Below are positions 18,126 to 27,738 of a DNA stretch of 64,000 nt, piece by piece (positions within the stretch are counted from its first letter, which is position 1; every line of letters starts with the position of its first letter). Made by a program: the position numbers and the translations under genes. This DNA comes from Escherichia phage vB_Eco_Tribble. Location of the stretch: sequence record OX016465; one strand, given 5' to 3'. Below the pieces are notes generated by a model. The model was given only the letters and a program-made list of their open reading frames with translations. It was not told the DNA's origin and did not search any database.

Positions 18126-18201
18126 CTCCTATCGTATAATTGGTTATTACGGTTGCCTTGTAAGCAACTTATCAGGGTTCGAGTCCTTGTGGGAGCACCA
18201 A
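18126..18201 (+). tRNA. tRNA-Thr (anticodon TGT)
   Basis: acceptor GCTCCTA/TGGGAGC, anticodon stem GTTGC/GCAAC loop CTTGTAA, T-loop TTCGAGT, CCA. Confidence 0.8.
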
Positions 18202-18297
18202 TTCAGAGGTCAAGTGAAAGACCGCTTTGAGTCAACTGAAGACCGTAACAAATTCCACGAAGTTGAGTTAGCGGCACAACTTCAGACCTCTTTCATA
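18202..18297 (+). other. structured spacer element (inverted repeat CAGAGGTC...GACCTCT enclosing a GAAGACCGTAACAA motif)
   Basis: about 8 bp terminal inverted repeat flanking roughly 70 nt; internal motif resembles the 5' motif of elements E1-E4. Confidence 0.3.
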
Positions 18298-18372
18298 CTC
18301 GCTTAGTTTATATGGTAAAACATCACCCTTACAAGATGAAGAAAAAGGTTCAAGTCCTTTAGTGAGTACCAT
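18298..18372 (+). tRNA. tRNA-Val (anticodon TAC)
   Basis: acceptor ACTCGCT/AGTGAGT, D-stem GTTT/AAAC, anticodon loop CTTACAA, T-loop TTCAAGT, CCA. Confidence 0.8.
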
Positions 18373-18373
18373 G

Positions 18374-18451
18374 TTCCAGTATCCCAATTGGCAGAGGATG
18401 CAAGCTCAAACCTTGTATTAGTGACGGTTCGAATCCGTCTTGGAACACCAA
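18374..18451 (+). tRNA. tRNA with anticodon CAA (nominally Leu) but short variable arm
   Basis: acceptor GTTCCAG/TTGGAAC, anticodon arm GCAAG-cTCAAac-CTTGT, T-arm GACGGttcgaatCCGTC, discriminator A, CCA. Confidence 0.55.
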
Positions 18452-18456
18452 TTTTG

Positions 18457-18532
18457 CAGGATTAGTTCAAATGGATAGAGCAACAGTCTACGAAGCTGTT
18501 AATAGGGGTTCGAATCCCTTATCCTGCGCCAA
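18457..18532 (+). tRNA. tRNA-Arg (anticodon ACG)
   Basis: acceptor GCAGGAT/ATCCTGC perfect, D-arm GTTCaaatggataGAGC, anticodon loop CTACGAA, T-loop TTCGAAT, CCA. Confidence 0.8.
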
Positions 18533-18550
18533 TTTAAAGAGGCTATTTAG

Positions 18551-19108
18551 ATGAGATATTTGAAGTATGCTTCATGGATTTTCTTAGCTTTGTTAGAGCC
18601 ATTTGCAGCAATCTTAGCAGTTATCTTAGCACCTTTTGTAGTTCCATTCTACAGTGAGAAGAAAGGACACTTACCTTTCGGGTTCAGATGGATGGAGACA
18701 TATGACAACCCAATTGATGGTGATGAAGGTCACGTTAAAAGATGGGCTAATATTAGATGGATTGGTAAACTAGGTGTCTACATGCAAAGAGTCGGATGGC
18801 TCTGGAGAAACAAAGCTTATAACTTCTCTTACCATGTATTAGGAAGAGATGTAAGAGATGTTACTAAGTGGAAAGGTAATATCAACGTAAGTTCTGACCC
18901 CGAAGATAATCAGACAGGTTATCTCCTAATGTGGAACAGTAATGCTTGGGGATTATTCGCTTTTATCCCATCAATTAAAATCTTTGGTAAACAATTTTAC
19001 TGGAGAATTTATATTGGATGGAAACTAAAAAGTGTTGTCCCAGAAGAAAGAGCATTCTCAAGGGAAAGAGTTATGTTGGCATTCTTTATTCATCCACTGA
19101 GAAAGTAA
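18551..19108 (+). CDS. hypothetical membrane protein, Trp-rich (185 aa)
   Basis: ORF track; N-terminal hydrophobic helices (WIFLALLEPFAAILAVILAPFVVPF). Confidence 0.55.
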   Translation: MRYLKYASWIFLALLEPFAAILAVILAPFVVPFYSEKKGHLPFGFRWMETYDNPIDGDEGHVKRWANIRWIGKLGVYMQRVGWLWRNKAYNFSYHVLGRDVRDVTKWKGNINVSSDPEDNQTGYLLMWNSNAWGLFAFIPSIKIFGKQFYWRIYIGWKLKSVVPEERAFSRERVMLAFFIHPLRK

Positions 19109-19116
19109 AGATTTAA

Positions 19117-19192
19117 AGGGGATTAGTTTACAAGGTTAAAACCTCGGTCTTTGAAATCGAAGAAGTTGGTTCAATTCCAACATCCCCCGCCA
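19117..19192 (+). tRNA. tRNA-Gln (anticodon TTG)
   Basis: acceptor AGGGGAT/ATCCCCC with 1-72 mismatch, anticodon loop CTTTGAA, T-arm GTTGGttcaattCCAAC, CCA. Confidence 0.7.
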
Positions 19193-19194
19193 AT

Positions 19195-19273
19195 GCTCCA
19201 TTACTCCAATTGGCAGAGAGGCCAGACTTAAAATCTGTGTTATGTATCGGTTCGAATCCGATATGGAGTACCA
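19195..19273 (+). tRNA. tRNA with anticodon TAA (nominally Leu) but short variable arm
   Basis: acceptor GCTCCAT/ATGGAGT, anticodon arm CAGA-cTTAAaa-TCTG, T-arm ATCGGttcgaatCCGAT, discriminator A, CCA. Confidence 0.5.
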
Positions 19274-19278
19274 AATTT

Positions 19279-19354
19279 AGCGGTATAGCATAACTGGCAA
19301 TGCAGCAGCCTCTGAAGCTGTCCTATTAAGGTTCAAATCCTTATGCCGCTGCCA
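19279..19354 (+). tRNA. tRNA-Gln (anticodon CTG)
   Basis: acceptor AGCGGTA/TGCCGCT, D-stem GCAT/ATGC, anticodon loop CTCTGAA, T-loop TTCAAAT, CCA. Confidence 0.75.
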
Positions 19355-19385
19355 CTTCTAAGGATTCTTGCGAGAGTCCTTAAAT

Positions 19386-19461
19386 GTGGCCTTATCATAA
19401 ACGGTAATGACCCATGCTGTGAACATGGTCTATACGGGTTCAAATCCCGTAGGTCACCCCA
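19386..19461 (+). tRNA. tRNA-His (anticodon GTG)
   Basis: acceptor GTGGCCT/AGGTCAC, anticodon stem CCATG/CATGG loop CTGTGAA, T-arm ACGGGttcaaatCCCGT, CCA. Confidence 0.75.
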
Positions 19462-19466
19462 ATTTA

Positions 19467-19543
19467 TAGTCCAAGTAGCTTATATGGTTAAAGCGCGTGT
19501 CTGAAAAACATGAGAAGAGGGTTCAAATCCCACTGGACTACCA
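19467..19543 (+). tRNA. tRNA-Phe (anticodon GAA), boundaries approximate
   Basis: acceptor TAGTCCA/TGGACTA, D-arm GCTTatatggttaAAGC, anticodon loop CTGAAAA, T-loop TTCAAAT; 2 extra nt near positions 8-9. Confidence 0.6.
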
Positions 19544-19559
19544 ATTTCAAAGGTGCTTA

Positions 19560-20294
19560 ATGAAAGAGATGACAGAACAAGGTAAGGAGATTTTTAATCT
19601 CTTAAAAACTGGTAAAGGGTTCTCTAACCCGCTTATTACTGGTGCAGCAGTTCTCGGTGGAACCGTAGCTGCTTCTACATCACTTGTAAGCTCTATTAGT
19701 TCTGTAACAGACCCTACAATGAAGGAGAAACTTGTTGCTGCTGGACTTACAACAGTCCTTCTAAACAGCTTTACAACAAGCCTTACAAGCACTACAGCAA
19801 CTACTAAAACTCTGACAGACTACGGTCAAAAATCTATTGATGAGTTTTCATCACGTATGCAGGTAGCAAAGGGGTATTCCAATGTTATGGGTGCAGCAGG
19901 AGAACAAGTTGGTTGTACACCATTCAGTGGTATCATGGGTGTTGCTACAGAGTATGGTCAAAAAGCTATTGACATGATGAACAGTACACTAGATAGTGTT
20001 AATGGTGTGTTAAGTGACTTACAAGATGCTATTGATAAGGGTCTTGATACTGTTTCTGATTTAGCTAACCAAGCTGTCAGTAAGATTAATGAAGGTATTT
20101 CAAAGATTACAGCTTATGCAGATGAAGTTGTGCAGATGATTGAAGAAGAAGCTGCCCTTATTGCAGAGTACCTTAAAACGAATATCAATGGGTTCTTAGC
20201 AGGTATCTTACCAGACTGGTTTGACGATGCTTGTAAAACTGGTGTGATTGACACTATTGCAACACCAGAAATGAAGAGCGCATTACAGAAATAA
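19560..20294 (+). CDS. hypothetical Ser/Thr-rich protein (about 244 aa)
   Basis: ORF track 19497-20294 trimmed to ATG 19560 because the upstream part overlaps tRNA-Phe. Confidence 0.55.
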   Translation: MKEMTEQGKEIFNLLKTGKGFSNPLITGAAVLGGTVAASTSLVSSISSVTDPTMKEKLVAAGLTTVLLNSFTTSLTSTTATTKTLTDYGQKSIDEFSSRMQVAKGYSNVMGAAGEQVGCTPFSGIMGVATEYGQKAIDMMNSTLDSVNGVLSDLQDAIDKGLDTVSDLANQAVSKINEGISKITAYADEVVQMIEEEAALIAEYLKTNINGFLAGILPDWFDDACKTGVIDTIATPEMKSALQK

Positions 20295-20295
20295 T

Positions 20296-20388
20296 GGAAG
20301 ATTAACCCTAAAAGGTAAGGGAGCAGTTTGCTAAACTGCCAGTAGCTGAGAAATCGGTGTACCAGTTCAAGTCTGGTATCTTCCTCCA
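20296..20388 (+). tRNA. tRNA-Ser (anticodon GCT), long variable arm
   Basis: acceptor GGAAGAT/ATCTTCC, anticodon stem GCAGT/ACTGC loop TTGCTAA, about 21 nt variable arm, T-arm ACCAGttcaagtCTGGT, CCA. Confidence 0.8.
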
Positions 20389-20392
20389 ATTT

Positions 20393-20468
20393 GAATCCGT
20401 GACAGAAATGGATATGTGCCTGTCTGCAAAACAGGTTTATAAGGGTTCGAGTCCCTTCGGATTCTCCA
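20393..20468 (+). tRNA. tRNA-Cys (anticodon GCA)
   Basis: acceptor GAATCCG/CGGATTC, anticodon stem CCTGT/ACAGG loop CTGCAAA, T-arm AAGGGttcgagtCCCTT, CCA. Confidence 0.8.
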
Positions 20469-20505
20469 AGTTATTTTACTCTCTCTCAATTAAAATAATA
20501 ATAAT

Positions 20506-20564
20506 GCCCTGCTATAAGTATTCTTCCTTTCGCTACCGAAGAGTATTTTTAGACAGGGCTTTTT
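20506..20564 (+). terminator. rho-independent terminator (long hairpin) after the tRNA island
   Basis: GCCCTG...CAGGGC followed by TTTTTT. Confidence 0.55.
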
Positions 20565-20630
20565 TACAGAGTTATACTTTATAAGAAGGCTTATACAGTA
20601 TGTCTCTGACGTACATTGTGGTTTCTCCTT

Positions 20631-20654
20631 GACGGTCTCTGTGCCGTCTTTTTT
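20631..20654 (+). terminator. rho-independent terminator
   Basis: GACGG-tctctgtg-CCGTC followed by TTTTTT. Confidence 0.6.
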
Positions 20655-20690
20655 AAGGAGAAACATGGTTAATTATTTGGAGAAAACATA

Positions 20691-20891
20691 ATGAGTGAGA
20701 CCGTTTATAAAGAACTTTATGAAGCTAACAAAAAGCTAGAATTTATGCAGAACACTATCATGGCAATTGCAGATAGATTATCTGTAGCAACAGGTATTGA
20801 TATCAAAGAAGCCTCTATGGATGCACTTCTTGATGCTGTTGATGCAAAGTTCGAAGTTAAGAAAGAAGAGACTGCTACAGACTCTGAATAA
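20691..20891 (+). CDS. hypothetical protein (66 aa) upstream of the large terminase
   Basis: ORF track; RBS AAGGAG upstream; too small to call a small terminase. Confidence 0.45.
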   Translation: MSETVYKELYEANKKLEFMQNTIMAIADRLSVATGIDIKEASMDALLDAVDAKFEVKKEETATDSE

Positions 20892-20912
20892 TTCTATTTG
20901 CGGAGGTGCTTA

Positions 20913-22514
20913 ATGGACTTAAATGCTGTTAAGCAGAAGCGAGTGGAAGATGTTAGGAAAGTCCTAGCTGGAGAGTTGGGGCTTTCTGATGAAGTAAAAG
21001 AAATTATCAAATCATTCGGTAAAGACCCCTCTAAATTCCTTCCAACTCAAATTCTGACTTTATTAAGATACACACCAGACCAAGTTCGCCTTATCTTTAA
21101 ATTGATGACTGATAAGAACTATGTAGCCCCTCAACCGGGTTCTCAAGAGGTCTTTTTAAACACTAATGCTGACTTGGTTCTTTATGGTGGTGCTGCTGGT
21201 GCTGGTAAAACTGCTGCATTGTTAATGGACTCTTTAAGATTTATTGAAGACCCTAACTATAATGCTGTATATTTCCGTCGAAATACAACACAGTTACAAG
21301 GTGGTTTATGGCCTGCTGCAAAGAAACTATTTGGTAAGTTTGGTGGGATTCCTCATGAGCAGAAAATGACTATCACATTCCCTTCTGGGGCGACTATCAA
21401 GTTTACCTATCTAGAACTTGAAAAGCACGCTGAAGGCCATCAGGGTATTGAATACTCAGCTATTTACTTTGACGAAGGTACACACTTCTCTGCTTCACAG
21501 ATTTCATACCTACAAACCCGTCTACGTTCTGGTGCTGAAGGTGATTCATACATGAAGATTTCCATGAACCCAGATAGAGACCACTTTATTTACGATTGGG
21601 TAGAACCATTCTTAGATGAAGAAGGTTACCCAGACCCTGAAAAGTGTGGTCGTATTCGTTGGTATGTAATGAATGATGGTGTGATGGTTTCTGATTGGGA
21701 GAGAGACAAGATTCTTGAAATGTTCCCTCTTGAGATTCCTCAAACATACACCTTCATCTCTGGTACGATTGATGATAACCCAATTCTTGACTTCTTAGAA
21801 CCAAAGTATCGCGGTAAGCTTGAAAACAACACCCCTGTAAACGTTGCAAGACTTCGTTTCGGTAACTGGAAGGCTCGTGCAGAAGGTTCAAACTACTGGC
21901 AAAGACAATGGTGTGAGATTGTTGATTCACTCCCAGAAGATATATTTGATGTTAGAGCATGGGACTTAGCAGCAACTTTACCATCTGAGGTTAACCCTAA
22001 TCCAGACTGGACAGCAGGTGTTAAGATGGGTAAATCTAAAAAAGACGGTTGCTATTATATCATTGATGTAGTAAGATTTAGAGATAGACCCTCTGGAGTC
22101 GAAACACAAATTAATTTGACTGCTGAAAGTGACGGTAAGCGAACTGGTATTTTTATCCCTCAAGACCCAGGCGCTGCTGGTAAATCCTACGCAACATCCC
22201 TCATCAGGAAACTTGCTGAGAAAGGCTATCGTGCAAGAGCTAAACCAACAAATAAAGATAAAGTTACCCGATTTGCGGGGTTTTCTGCTGCTTCTGAAGC
22301 TGGACTTGTAAAAGTTTTGAGAGGTAGTTGGAACGAAGCTTATTTCCAAGAGCTTGAAGGCTTTTGTGGTGATGGCAAAACTAAAGATGACCAAGTGGAT
22401 GCTACCAGTGATGCTTTCAACAGTCTTAACGAAGTTAAATTATTCAAGCCACCATCAATGGGTGCTCACACAGACTTAGTGAGGGGAAATCCATATGAGG
22501 GGCTTAGACGTTGA
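20913..22514 (+). CDS. terminase large subunit
   Basis: Walker A LYGGAAGAGKT, Walker B-like IYFDE; track start 20898 is TTG, ATG 20913 follows RBS GGAGGTG. Confidence 0.85.
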   Translation: MDLNAVKQKRVEDVRKVLAGELGLSDEVKEIIKSFGKDPSKFLPTQILTLLRYTPDQVRLIFKLMTDKNYVAPQPGSQEVFLNTNADLVLYGGAAGAGKTAALLMDSLRFIEDPNYNAVYFRRNTTQLQGGLWPAAKKLFGKFGGIPHEQKMTITFPSGATIKFTYLELEKHAEGHQGIEYSAIYFDEGTHFSASQISYLQTRLRSGAEGDSYMKISMNPDRDHFIYDWVEPFLDEEGYPDPEKCGRIRWYVMNDGVMVSDWERDKILEMFPLEIPQTYTFISGTIDDNPILDFLEPKYRGKLENNTPVNVARLRFGNWKARAEGSNYWQRQWCEIVDSLPEDIFDVRAWDLAATLPSEVNPNPDWTAGVKMGKSKKDGCYYIIDVVRFRDRPSGVETQINLTAESDGKRTGIFIPQDPGAAGKSYATSLIRKLAEKGYRARAKPTNKDKVTRFAGFSAASEAGLVKVLRGSWNEAYFQELEGFCGDGKTKDDQVDATSDAFNSLNEVKLFKPPSMGAHTDLVRGNPYEGLRR

Positions 22515-22530
22515 TAGCTAGGTGAGAAGA

Positions 22531-23997
22531 ATGGCAGATATTACAGAAACACAAGAAAGCTTACCACCATTTAGAATGGGTGAAGTAGGTTCTTTGGGTC
22601 TGAAGGTTAAGAATGGAAGAATCTATGAAGAACCTCGTCAGGCACTAAGGTTCCCTGAAAGTATTAAAACTTTCCAATTAATGATGCGTGACCCTGCTGT
22701 AGCAGCATCTGTAAATATTATTAAGATGTTTGTCAGAAAAGTCAACTGGAGATTTGTACCTCCAAAGGGAAAAGAGCAAGACCCTAAAATGCTTGAAAGA
22801 GCAGACTTCTTTAATTCTTTAATGGATGACATGGAGCATGATTGGGCAGATTTTATTAACTCTGTAATGTCATTCTGCACTTATGGGTTCTGTGTTAACG
22901 AGAAAGTTTATAAGAAGCGACAGGGCAAAAAAGGAAAGTACCAGTCAAAATTTGATGATGGTCTAATTGGATGGGCTAAATTACCAATCAGAAACCAATC
23001 AACACTTGATAAGTGGTATTTTGACGAAGACTTTAGAAGAGTTACTGGTGTTAGACAGAATCTGAGAAATGTTTCACATATTGCTGGAGCAATTAATCTT
23101 GGAGAAAGACCACTAACAAGAAAACTTCCACGAGCTAAATTCATGCTGTTTAAGTATGATGATGAATATGGAAACCCAGAAGGTCGTTCACCATTACTTA
23201 ATGCTTATGTACCGTGGAAGTATAAAGTACAGATTGAAGAGTATGAAGCTGTTGGCGTTTCAAGAGACTTGGTAGGTATGCCAAAAATTGGGTTACCACC
23301 AGATTATCTGGATGAAAATGCAGAACCTGAAAAGAAAGCTTTCGTACAATACTGCAAAACTGTTGTTAACGATATGATTGCTAATGATAGAGCAGGTTTA
23401 ATCTGGCCTAGATATATCGACCCAGATACTAAAGAGGATATTTTTGAGTTCTCATTAGTTTCTAGACAGGGTGCTAAAGCATACGACACAGGTTCTATTA
23501 TTGACAGATATTCTAAGCAGATTATGATGGCGTTTATGTCAGATGTTCTTGCTATGGGTCAGTCAAAATATGGTTCATTCTCTCTTGCAGATTCTAAGAC
23601 AAGCTTACTAGCAATGTCAGTAGATATTCTGCTGAAGCAAATTAAGAACGTAATTAACCGCGATTTAGTTGCTCAGACTTATGCTCTTAATATGTGGGAT
23701 GATGAAGAACATGTGCAAATCACATATGATGATATCGAAACTCCAGACCTTGAAGCAATTGGTTCTTATATCCAGAAGACTGTTGCAGTAGGTGCTTTGG
23801 AAGTTGACAAAGAGCTATCTAACAAGCTTAGAGAGCATATTGGTCTTCCTCCTGCTGATGAGTCTCAGCCAGTATCTGAAAAGCTTTCTCCAAATAGCCA
23901 AAGCCGCTCAGGAGATGGTTATAAGACCGCTGGAGAAGGTACTGCAAAGACACCTTCAGCGAAAGACCCAAGCACAGCAAATAAGGCAAATAAATAA
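22531..23997 (+). CDS. portal protein
   Basis: about 490 aa ORF immediately after the terminase and before the protease/capsid genes; start trimmed to ATG 22531. Confidence 0.7.
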   Translation: MADITETQESLPPFRMGEVGSLGLKVKNGRIYEEPRQALRFPESIKTFQLMMRDPAVAASVNIIKMFVRKVNWRFVPPKGKEQDPKMLERADFFNSLMDDMEHDWADFINSVMSFCTYGFCVNEKVYKKRQGKKGKYQSKFDDGLIGWAKLPIRNQSTLDKWYFDEDFRRVTGVRQNLRNVSHIAGAINLGERPLTRKLPRAKFMLFKYDDEYGNPEGRSPLLNAYVPWKYKVQIEEYEAVGVSRDLVGMPKIGLPPDYLDENAEPEKKAFVQYCKTVVNDMIANDRAGLIWPRYIDPDTKEDIFEFSLVSRQGAKAYDTGSIIDRYSKQIMMAFMSDVLAMGQSKYGSFSLADSKTSLLAMSVDILLKQIKNVINRDLVAQTYALNMWDDEEHVQITYDDIETPDLEAIGSYIQKTVAVGALEVDKELSNKLREHIGLPPADESQPVSEKLSPNSQSRSGDGYKTAGEGTAKTPSAKDPSTANKANK

Positions 23998-24497
23998 TGG
24001 CTGAAGTTATCTCTATTTCAAATGCTACACGAGTGCATTCGTATAGAGGTGTTCTTATTATCACTGACAAATTATCTGTAGAGGCTGGCTCAAGGGTTAG
24101 CCTTTCAGGTTATGTAAGTGATGGTGGAGCCTCTGACGTTTTCACTATTTGTAGGTTACTTGATGCACCAATGAGTGGAAAACCGTTTATTTCAGGAAAT
24201 TGTAGTGAAATTGTTAAAATTCCATTTGACAGTTCATGCCTTTTGGGTGTAAAGTTATATAACTGCGAGAATAAACGTATCAATGTTAATAGCATTGAAG
24301 CCGCTTTCATTACCCTCGACACTGCATTTCAATCTCCAATGACAGTTAATAAAGAAACAAACAGACTTGAATACATTTTTTCACAAAATGATTACAAAGT
24401 ACTTGTCAAAGGCAAAGTATATGATATGATTGTAAATGTGGTAGATGAATCTGGTAACCATTCAACAGCCCTTAAACAAAAAGTAAGGTTTAATTAA
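23997..24497 (+). CDS. hypothetical protein (166 aa)
   Basis: ORF track. Confidence 0.5.
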   Translation: MAEVISISNATRVHSYRGVLIITDKLSVEAGSRVSLSGYVSDGGASDVFTICRLLDAPMSGKPFISGNCSEIVKIPFDSSCLLGVKLYNCENKRINVNSIEAAFITLDTAFQSPMTVNKETNRLEYIFSQNDYKVLVKGKVYDMIVNVVDESGNHSTALKQKVRFN

Positions 24498-24829
24498 TGG
24501 GAACATTAACTATTGATGGTAAGAATAAAATCCTCGCCACGCTAACCCCAACGACTATTATTTTACACAATGTAGACCCAACGGCAGACCCTACAGCAAA
24601 TAAGGTTACTCAGCCAGTGGCTATTTATTTTTCTGAACCGGATAATGGCTTAATTGCCTCAGAAGACACAGTTAATATTACTGTTCCAGCTTCTGCAACG
24701 GTCTCACACTATAGCTTGTGGGATGCTAACGATAAATGCGTGGCAACTGGTGCTCTTAGCAAACCTCAATTCTTTGCTGAAGAAGGTATCTATGTTATCT
24801 CTTCAGTCTCTGTAGATTTAAACAAATAG
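24497..24829 (+). CDS. hypothetical protein (110 aa)
   Basis: ORF track. Confidence 0.5.
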   Translation: MGTLTIDGKNKILATLTPTTIILHNVDPTADPTANKVTQPVAIYFSEPDNGLIASEDTVNITVPASATVSHYSLWDANDKCVATGALSKPQFFAEEGIYVISSVSVDLNK

Positions 24830-24840
24830 GGTGAGTAAAA

Positions 24841-26187
24841 ATGAGTTCGAATATCTTCAGACTTGCTGATAGATTATTCAACCAACCTTTACTAGCCACT
24901 GAATCATTAGCTCACTCAGCAGCAACTTATGTGAATAACAGATTGCTGGGTGATGTCCAAGCAGCAGTAAACTTTGATAAACCCAAAGGTGAAGCAAGAA
25001 GTCTTTTAAAAGTAAAAGATGACATTGCTATTATCCCTATTATGGGTGGTTTAACCCATCGTATGACATTCATTGATGCAATGTGTACAGGTGGATTAAG
25101 CTCTTATGAAGGTTTGCGTAGAGGCTTTGACGAAGCTTTAGCAGATGAGTCAATCAAGACTATTGTTCTGCACATTGATTCTGGTGGTGGTGAAGCTTCA
25201 GGTTGCTTTGAATTAGCACGTCACATTATGGCTTCAAGAGGCCAAAAGAAAATTATTGCTTATGTAGATGAGTTCGCTTGTTCCGCTGCATACGCTCTTG
25301 CATCTTCTGCTGAAGAAATTATTGCATCACCAGATGCAGATGTTGGTTCTATTGGTGTAATTATGGTTCATCAGGAATTAACTAAAGCATTTGAAAAGAA
25401 TGGCGTGACAATTAACGTCATCAAAGCTGGTGAGTTTAAAGGTATGGGTTCACCATTCCAAGCACTTTCAGAAGAAAGCAAAGAAAGACTTCAAAAGAGA
25501 ATTAATGATACCTACGCAACCTTTACAGGTTTTGTAGCCGAATCTCGTAATCTCTCTGAAGAAGCTGTAAAGAATACTGAGGCGAATGTTTATTCTGCTC
25601 AGGAAGCTCTTGAACTTGGTTTAATTAACTCAATCATGTCTCAAGATGATTTCTTAAATTACTTACAAGGTTCTGAAGAGGCTCCTGTAAGTTTAAACGT
25701 TAACAATTCAGGTGAAGAAATGACTGAACAAGAAAAGCAAGAACTAGAAGCTTTGCGTCTTCAGGTTGCTCAAATGAAAGCTAAAGAACAGGAAGCTGCT
25801 TTGTCAGATTTGACTAATAAGATTTCTGCTTCTGCTGAAGCTTTTGGGTTTGATGCAAAAGAAGCTGCAACGGCTATTTTAGGTGCTGGTCTTGATAACC
25901 CTCTGAGCGTTCTGTTTATGAATGCTATGGAAGGTGCTAACCAGAAACTTAATGAAACTATCGCGTCCCATGCTTCTGCAATGGAAGAAAAAGAATCAGA
26001 AATTACCAAGCTGAAAGAAACTGCTGGTGCTGTTCTTGAACATTCCAACGCTATGGAAGAAGTGGGTAATGACGGCGAAGCTGATTTGGTTGAAGAAGAA
26101 AAAGAACCAGCTAAGAATGCTTCCGAAGACACCGCTGAACAACGCAAACTGGCTCTCCAGAATGCTCTAAAATCTCTTATCAAATAA
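24841..26187 (+). CDS. prohead protease (S49/SppA-like) fused to a scaffold-like Ala/Glu-rich C-terminal region
   Basis: HIDSGGGEASG and surrounding pattern typical of S49 peptidases; C-terminal 170 aa low-complexity and coiled-coil-like. Confidence 0.7.
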   Translation: MSSNIFRLADRLFNQPLLATESLAHSAATYVNNRLLGDVQAAVNFDKPKGEARSLLKVKDDIAIIPIMGGLTHRMTFIDAMCTGGLSSYEGLRRGFDEALADESIKTIVLHIDSGGGEASGCFELARHIMASRGQKKIIAYVDEFACSAAYALASSAEEIIASPDADVGSIGVIMVHQELTKAFEKNGVTINVIKAGEFKGMGSPFQALSEESKERLQKRINDTYATFTGFVAESRNLSEEAVKNTEANVYSAQEALELGLINSIMSQDDFLNYLQGSEEAPVSLNVNNSGEEMTEQEKQELEALRLQVAQMKAKEQEAALSDLTNKISASAEAFGFDAKEAATAILGAGLDNPLSVLFMNAMEGANQKLNETIASHASAMEEKESEITKLKETAGAVLEHSNAMEEVGNDGEADLVEEEKEPAKNASEDTAEQRKLALQNALKSLIK

Positions 26188-26198
26188 GGAACACAATA

Positions 26199-26576
26199 AT
26201 GGCATATCAAGGTTTTACTAAGTTAGGTAACAGAGAACCTCTGAATGATATCATTCTTTGGGAACAGATTACCCCAACAGGCCACTCTCGTAAAGAGTAC
26301 ACTCCGGTTGCTTCAACAGAATACCGTGTAGGTGAAGTTCTGAAAGCAGATGGTACTAAGGTACAAGCTGGAGAAGAAGCCCAAGCAGACTCTGTATGTA
26401 TCGTTAATTTCTACGCAGACCTGCAACTGTCTTATCATGGTCAGTTGAAAGTGGTAGGTATCCACCGTGATGCAGAACTAAAAGACCTGCTGACTCTTGA
26501 ATCAAGCGTTAATGCTGCTGAAGTCAAGAAAGCTCTGGCTGCTAAAGGTATTGATTTCGTACCAACTGGCCTGTAA
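26199..26576 (+). CDS. putative head decoration protein (125 aa)
   Basis: position between protease/scaffold and major capsid gene; no motif evidence. Confidence 0.35.
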   Translation: MAYQGFTKLGNREPLNDIILWEQITPTGHSRKEYTPVASTEYRVGEVLKADGTKVQAGEEAQADSVCIVNFYADLQLSYHGQLKVVGIHRDAELKDLLTLESSVNAAEVKKALAAKGIDFVPTGL

Positions 26577-26609
26577 TAACAATAATAAGACATTCTGGAG
26601 AATTTTACA

Positions 26610-27716
26610 ATGTTGACTAATTCTGAAAAAAGCAGATTTTTACTTGCTGACCTGACTCGTGAAGTCCAGTCTATCCCAAACACTTATGGGTATATTTCCA
26701 ACTTAGGTCTGTTCCGTTCAGCACCACAAACTCAGACAACCTTCCTGATGGACTTGACAGATTGGGATATCAGCTTGCTTGATGCTGTAGACCGCACTAG
26801 CCGTAAAGCTGAAACAAGTGCTCCTGAGCGTGTTCGTCAAATCAGCTTCCCAATGATGTACTTCAAGGAAGTTGAAAGCATTACTCCTGATGAGATTCAG
26901 GGTGTACGTCAGCCAGGTACTGCAAATGAACTAACCACTGAAGCTATCGTTCGTGCTAAGAAGCTGATGAAGATTCGCACCAAGTTCGATATTACTCGTG
27001 AGTTCTTGTTCATGCAAGCTCTGAAGGGTAAAGTTATCGACGCTAATGGTGTTCTGTACGCAGACCTGTACAAACAGTTCGATGTAACTAAGAAGACTAT
27101 CTACTTCGACCTTGACAATCCGAACTCTGATATTGATGCTCACATCGAAGACCTACGTATGCACATGGAAGACGAAGCTAAGACTGGTACTGTAATCAAC
27201 GGTGAAGAGATTCACGTAGTTGTTGACAGAACTTTCTTCAGTAAACTTACCAAGCATCCGAAGATTCGTGACGCATACCTTGCACAGCAGACTCCGCTGG
27301 CATGGCAACAGATTACTGGCTCTCTGAGAACTGGTGGTTCTGATGGTGTTCAGTCTCATATGAACACGTTCTACTACGGTGGTGTTAAGTTTGTCCAGTA
27401 CAACGGTAAGTTCAAAGACAAGCGCGGCAAGACCCATACTCTGGTTAGCATCGATGGTGTTACTCAGGATGGAACTGTAGGTGTAGGGCACGCTTTCCCT
27501 AACGTTTCTATGCTTGGTGAAGCAAACAACATCTTTGAAGTAGCTTACGCTCCATGTCCGAAGATGGGCTACGCAAATACTCTGGGGCAGGAGTTGTACG
27601 TATTTGAATACGAAAAAGACCGTGATGAAGGTATTGACTTCGAAGCTCACTCTTACATGCTGCCATACTGCACACGTCCTCAACTGCTGGTTGACGTTCG
27701 CTCAGACTCTGAGTAA
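26610..27716 (+). CDS. major capsid protein
   Basis: 368 aa ORF in the head-module position after the protease; strong RBS; biased codon usage typical of a highly expressed gene. Confidence 0.7.
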   Translation: MLTNSEKSRFLLADLTREVQSIPNTYGYISNLGLFRSAPQTQTTFLMDLTDWDISLLDAVDRTSRKAETSAPERVRQISFPMMYFKEVESITPDEIQGVRQPGTANELTTEAIVRAKKLMKIRTKFDITREFLFMQALKGKVIDANGVLYADLYKQFDVTKKTIYFDLDNPNSDIDAHIEDLRMHMEDEAKTGTVINGEEIHVVVDRTFFSKLTKHPKIRDAYLAQQTPLAWQQITGSLRTGGSDGVQSHMNTFYYGGVKFVQYNGKFKDKRGKTHTLVSIDGVTQDGTVGVGHAFPNVSMLGEANNIFEVAYAPCPKMGYANTLGQELYVFEYEKDRDEGIDFEAHSYMLPYCTRPQLLVDVRSDSE

Positions 27717-27738
27717 TGATAGGTAAGGAGGGTTATGA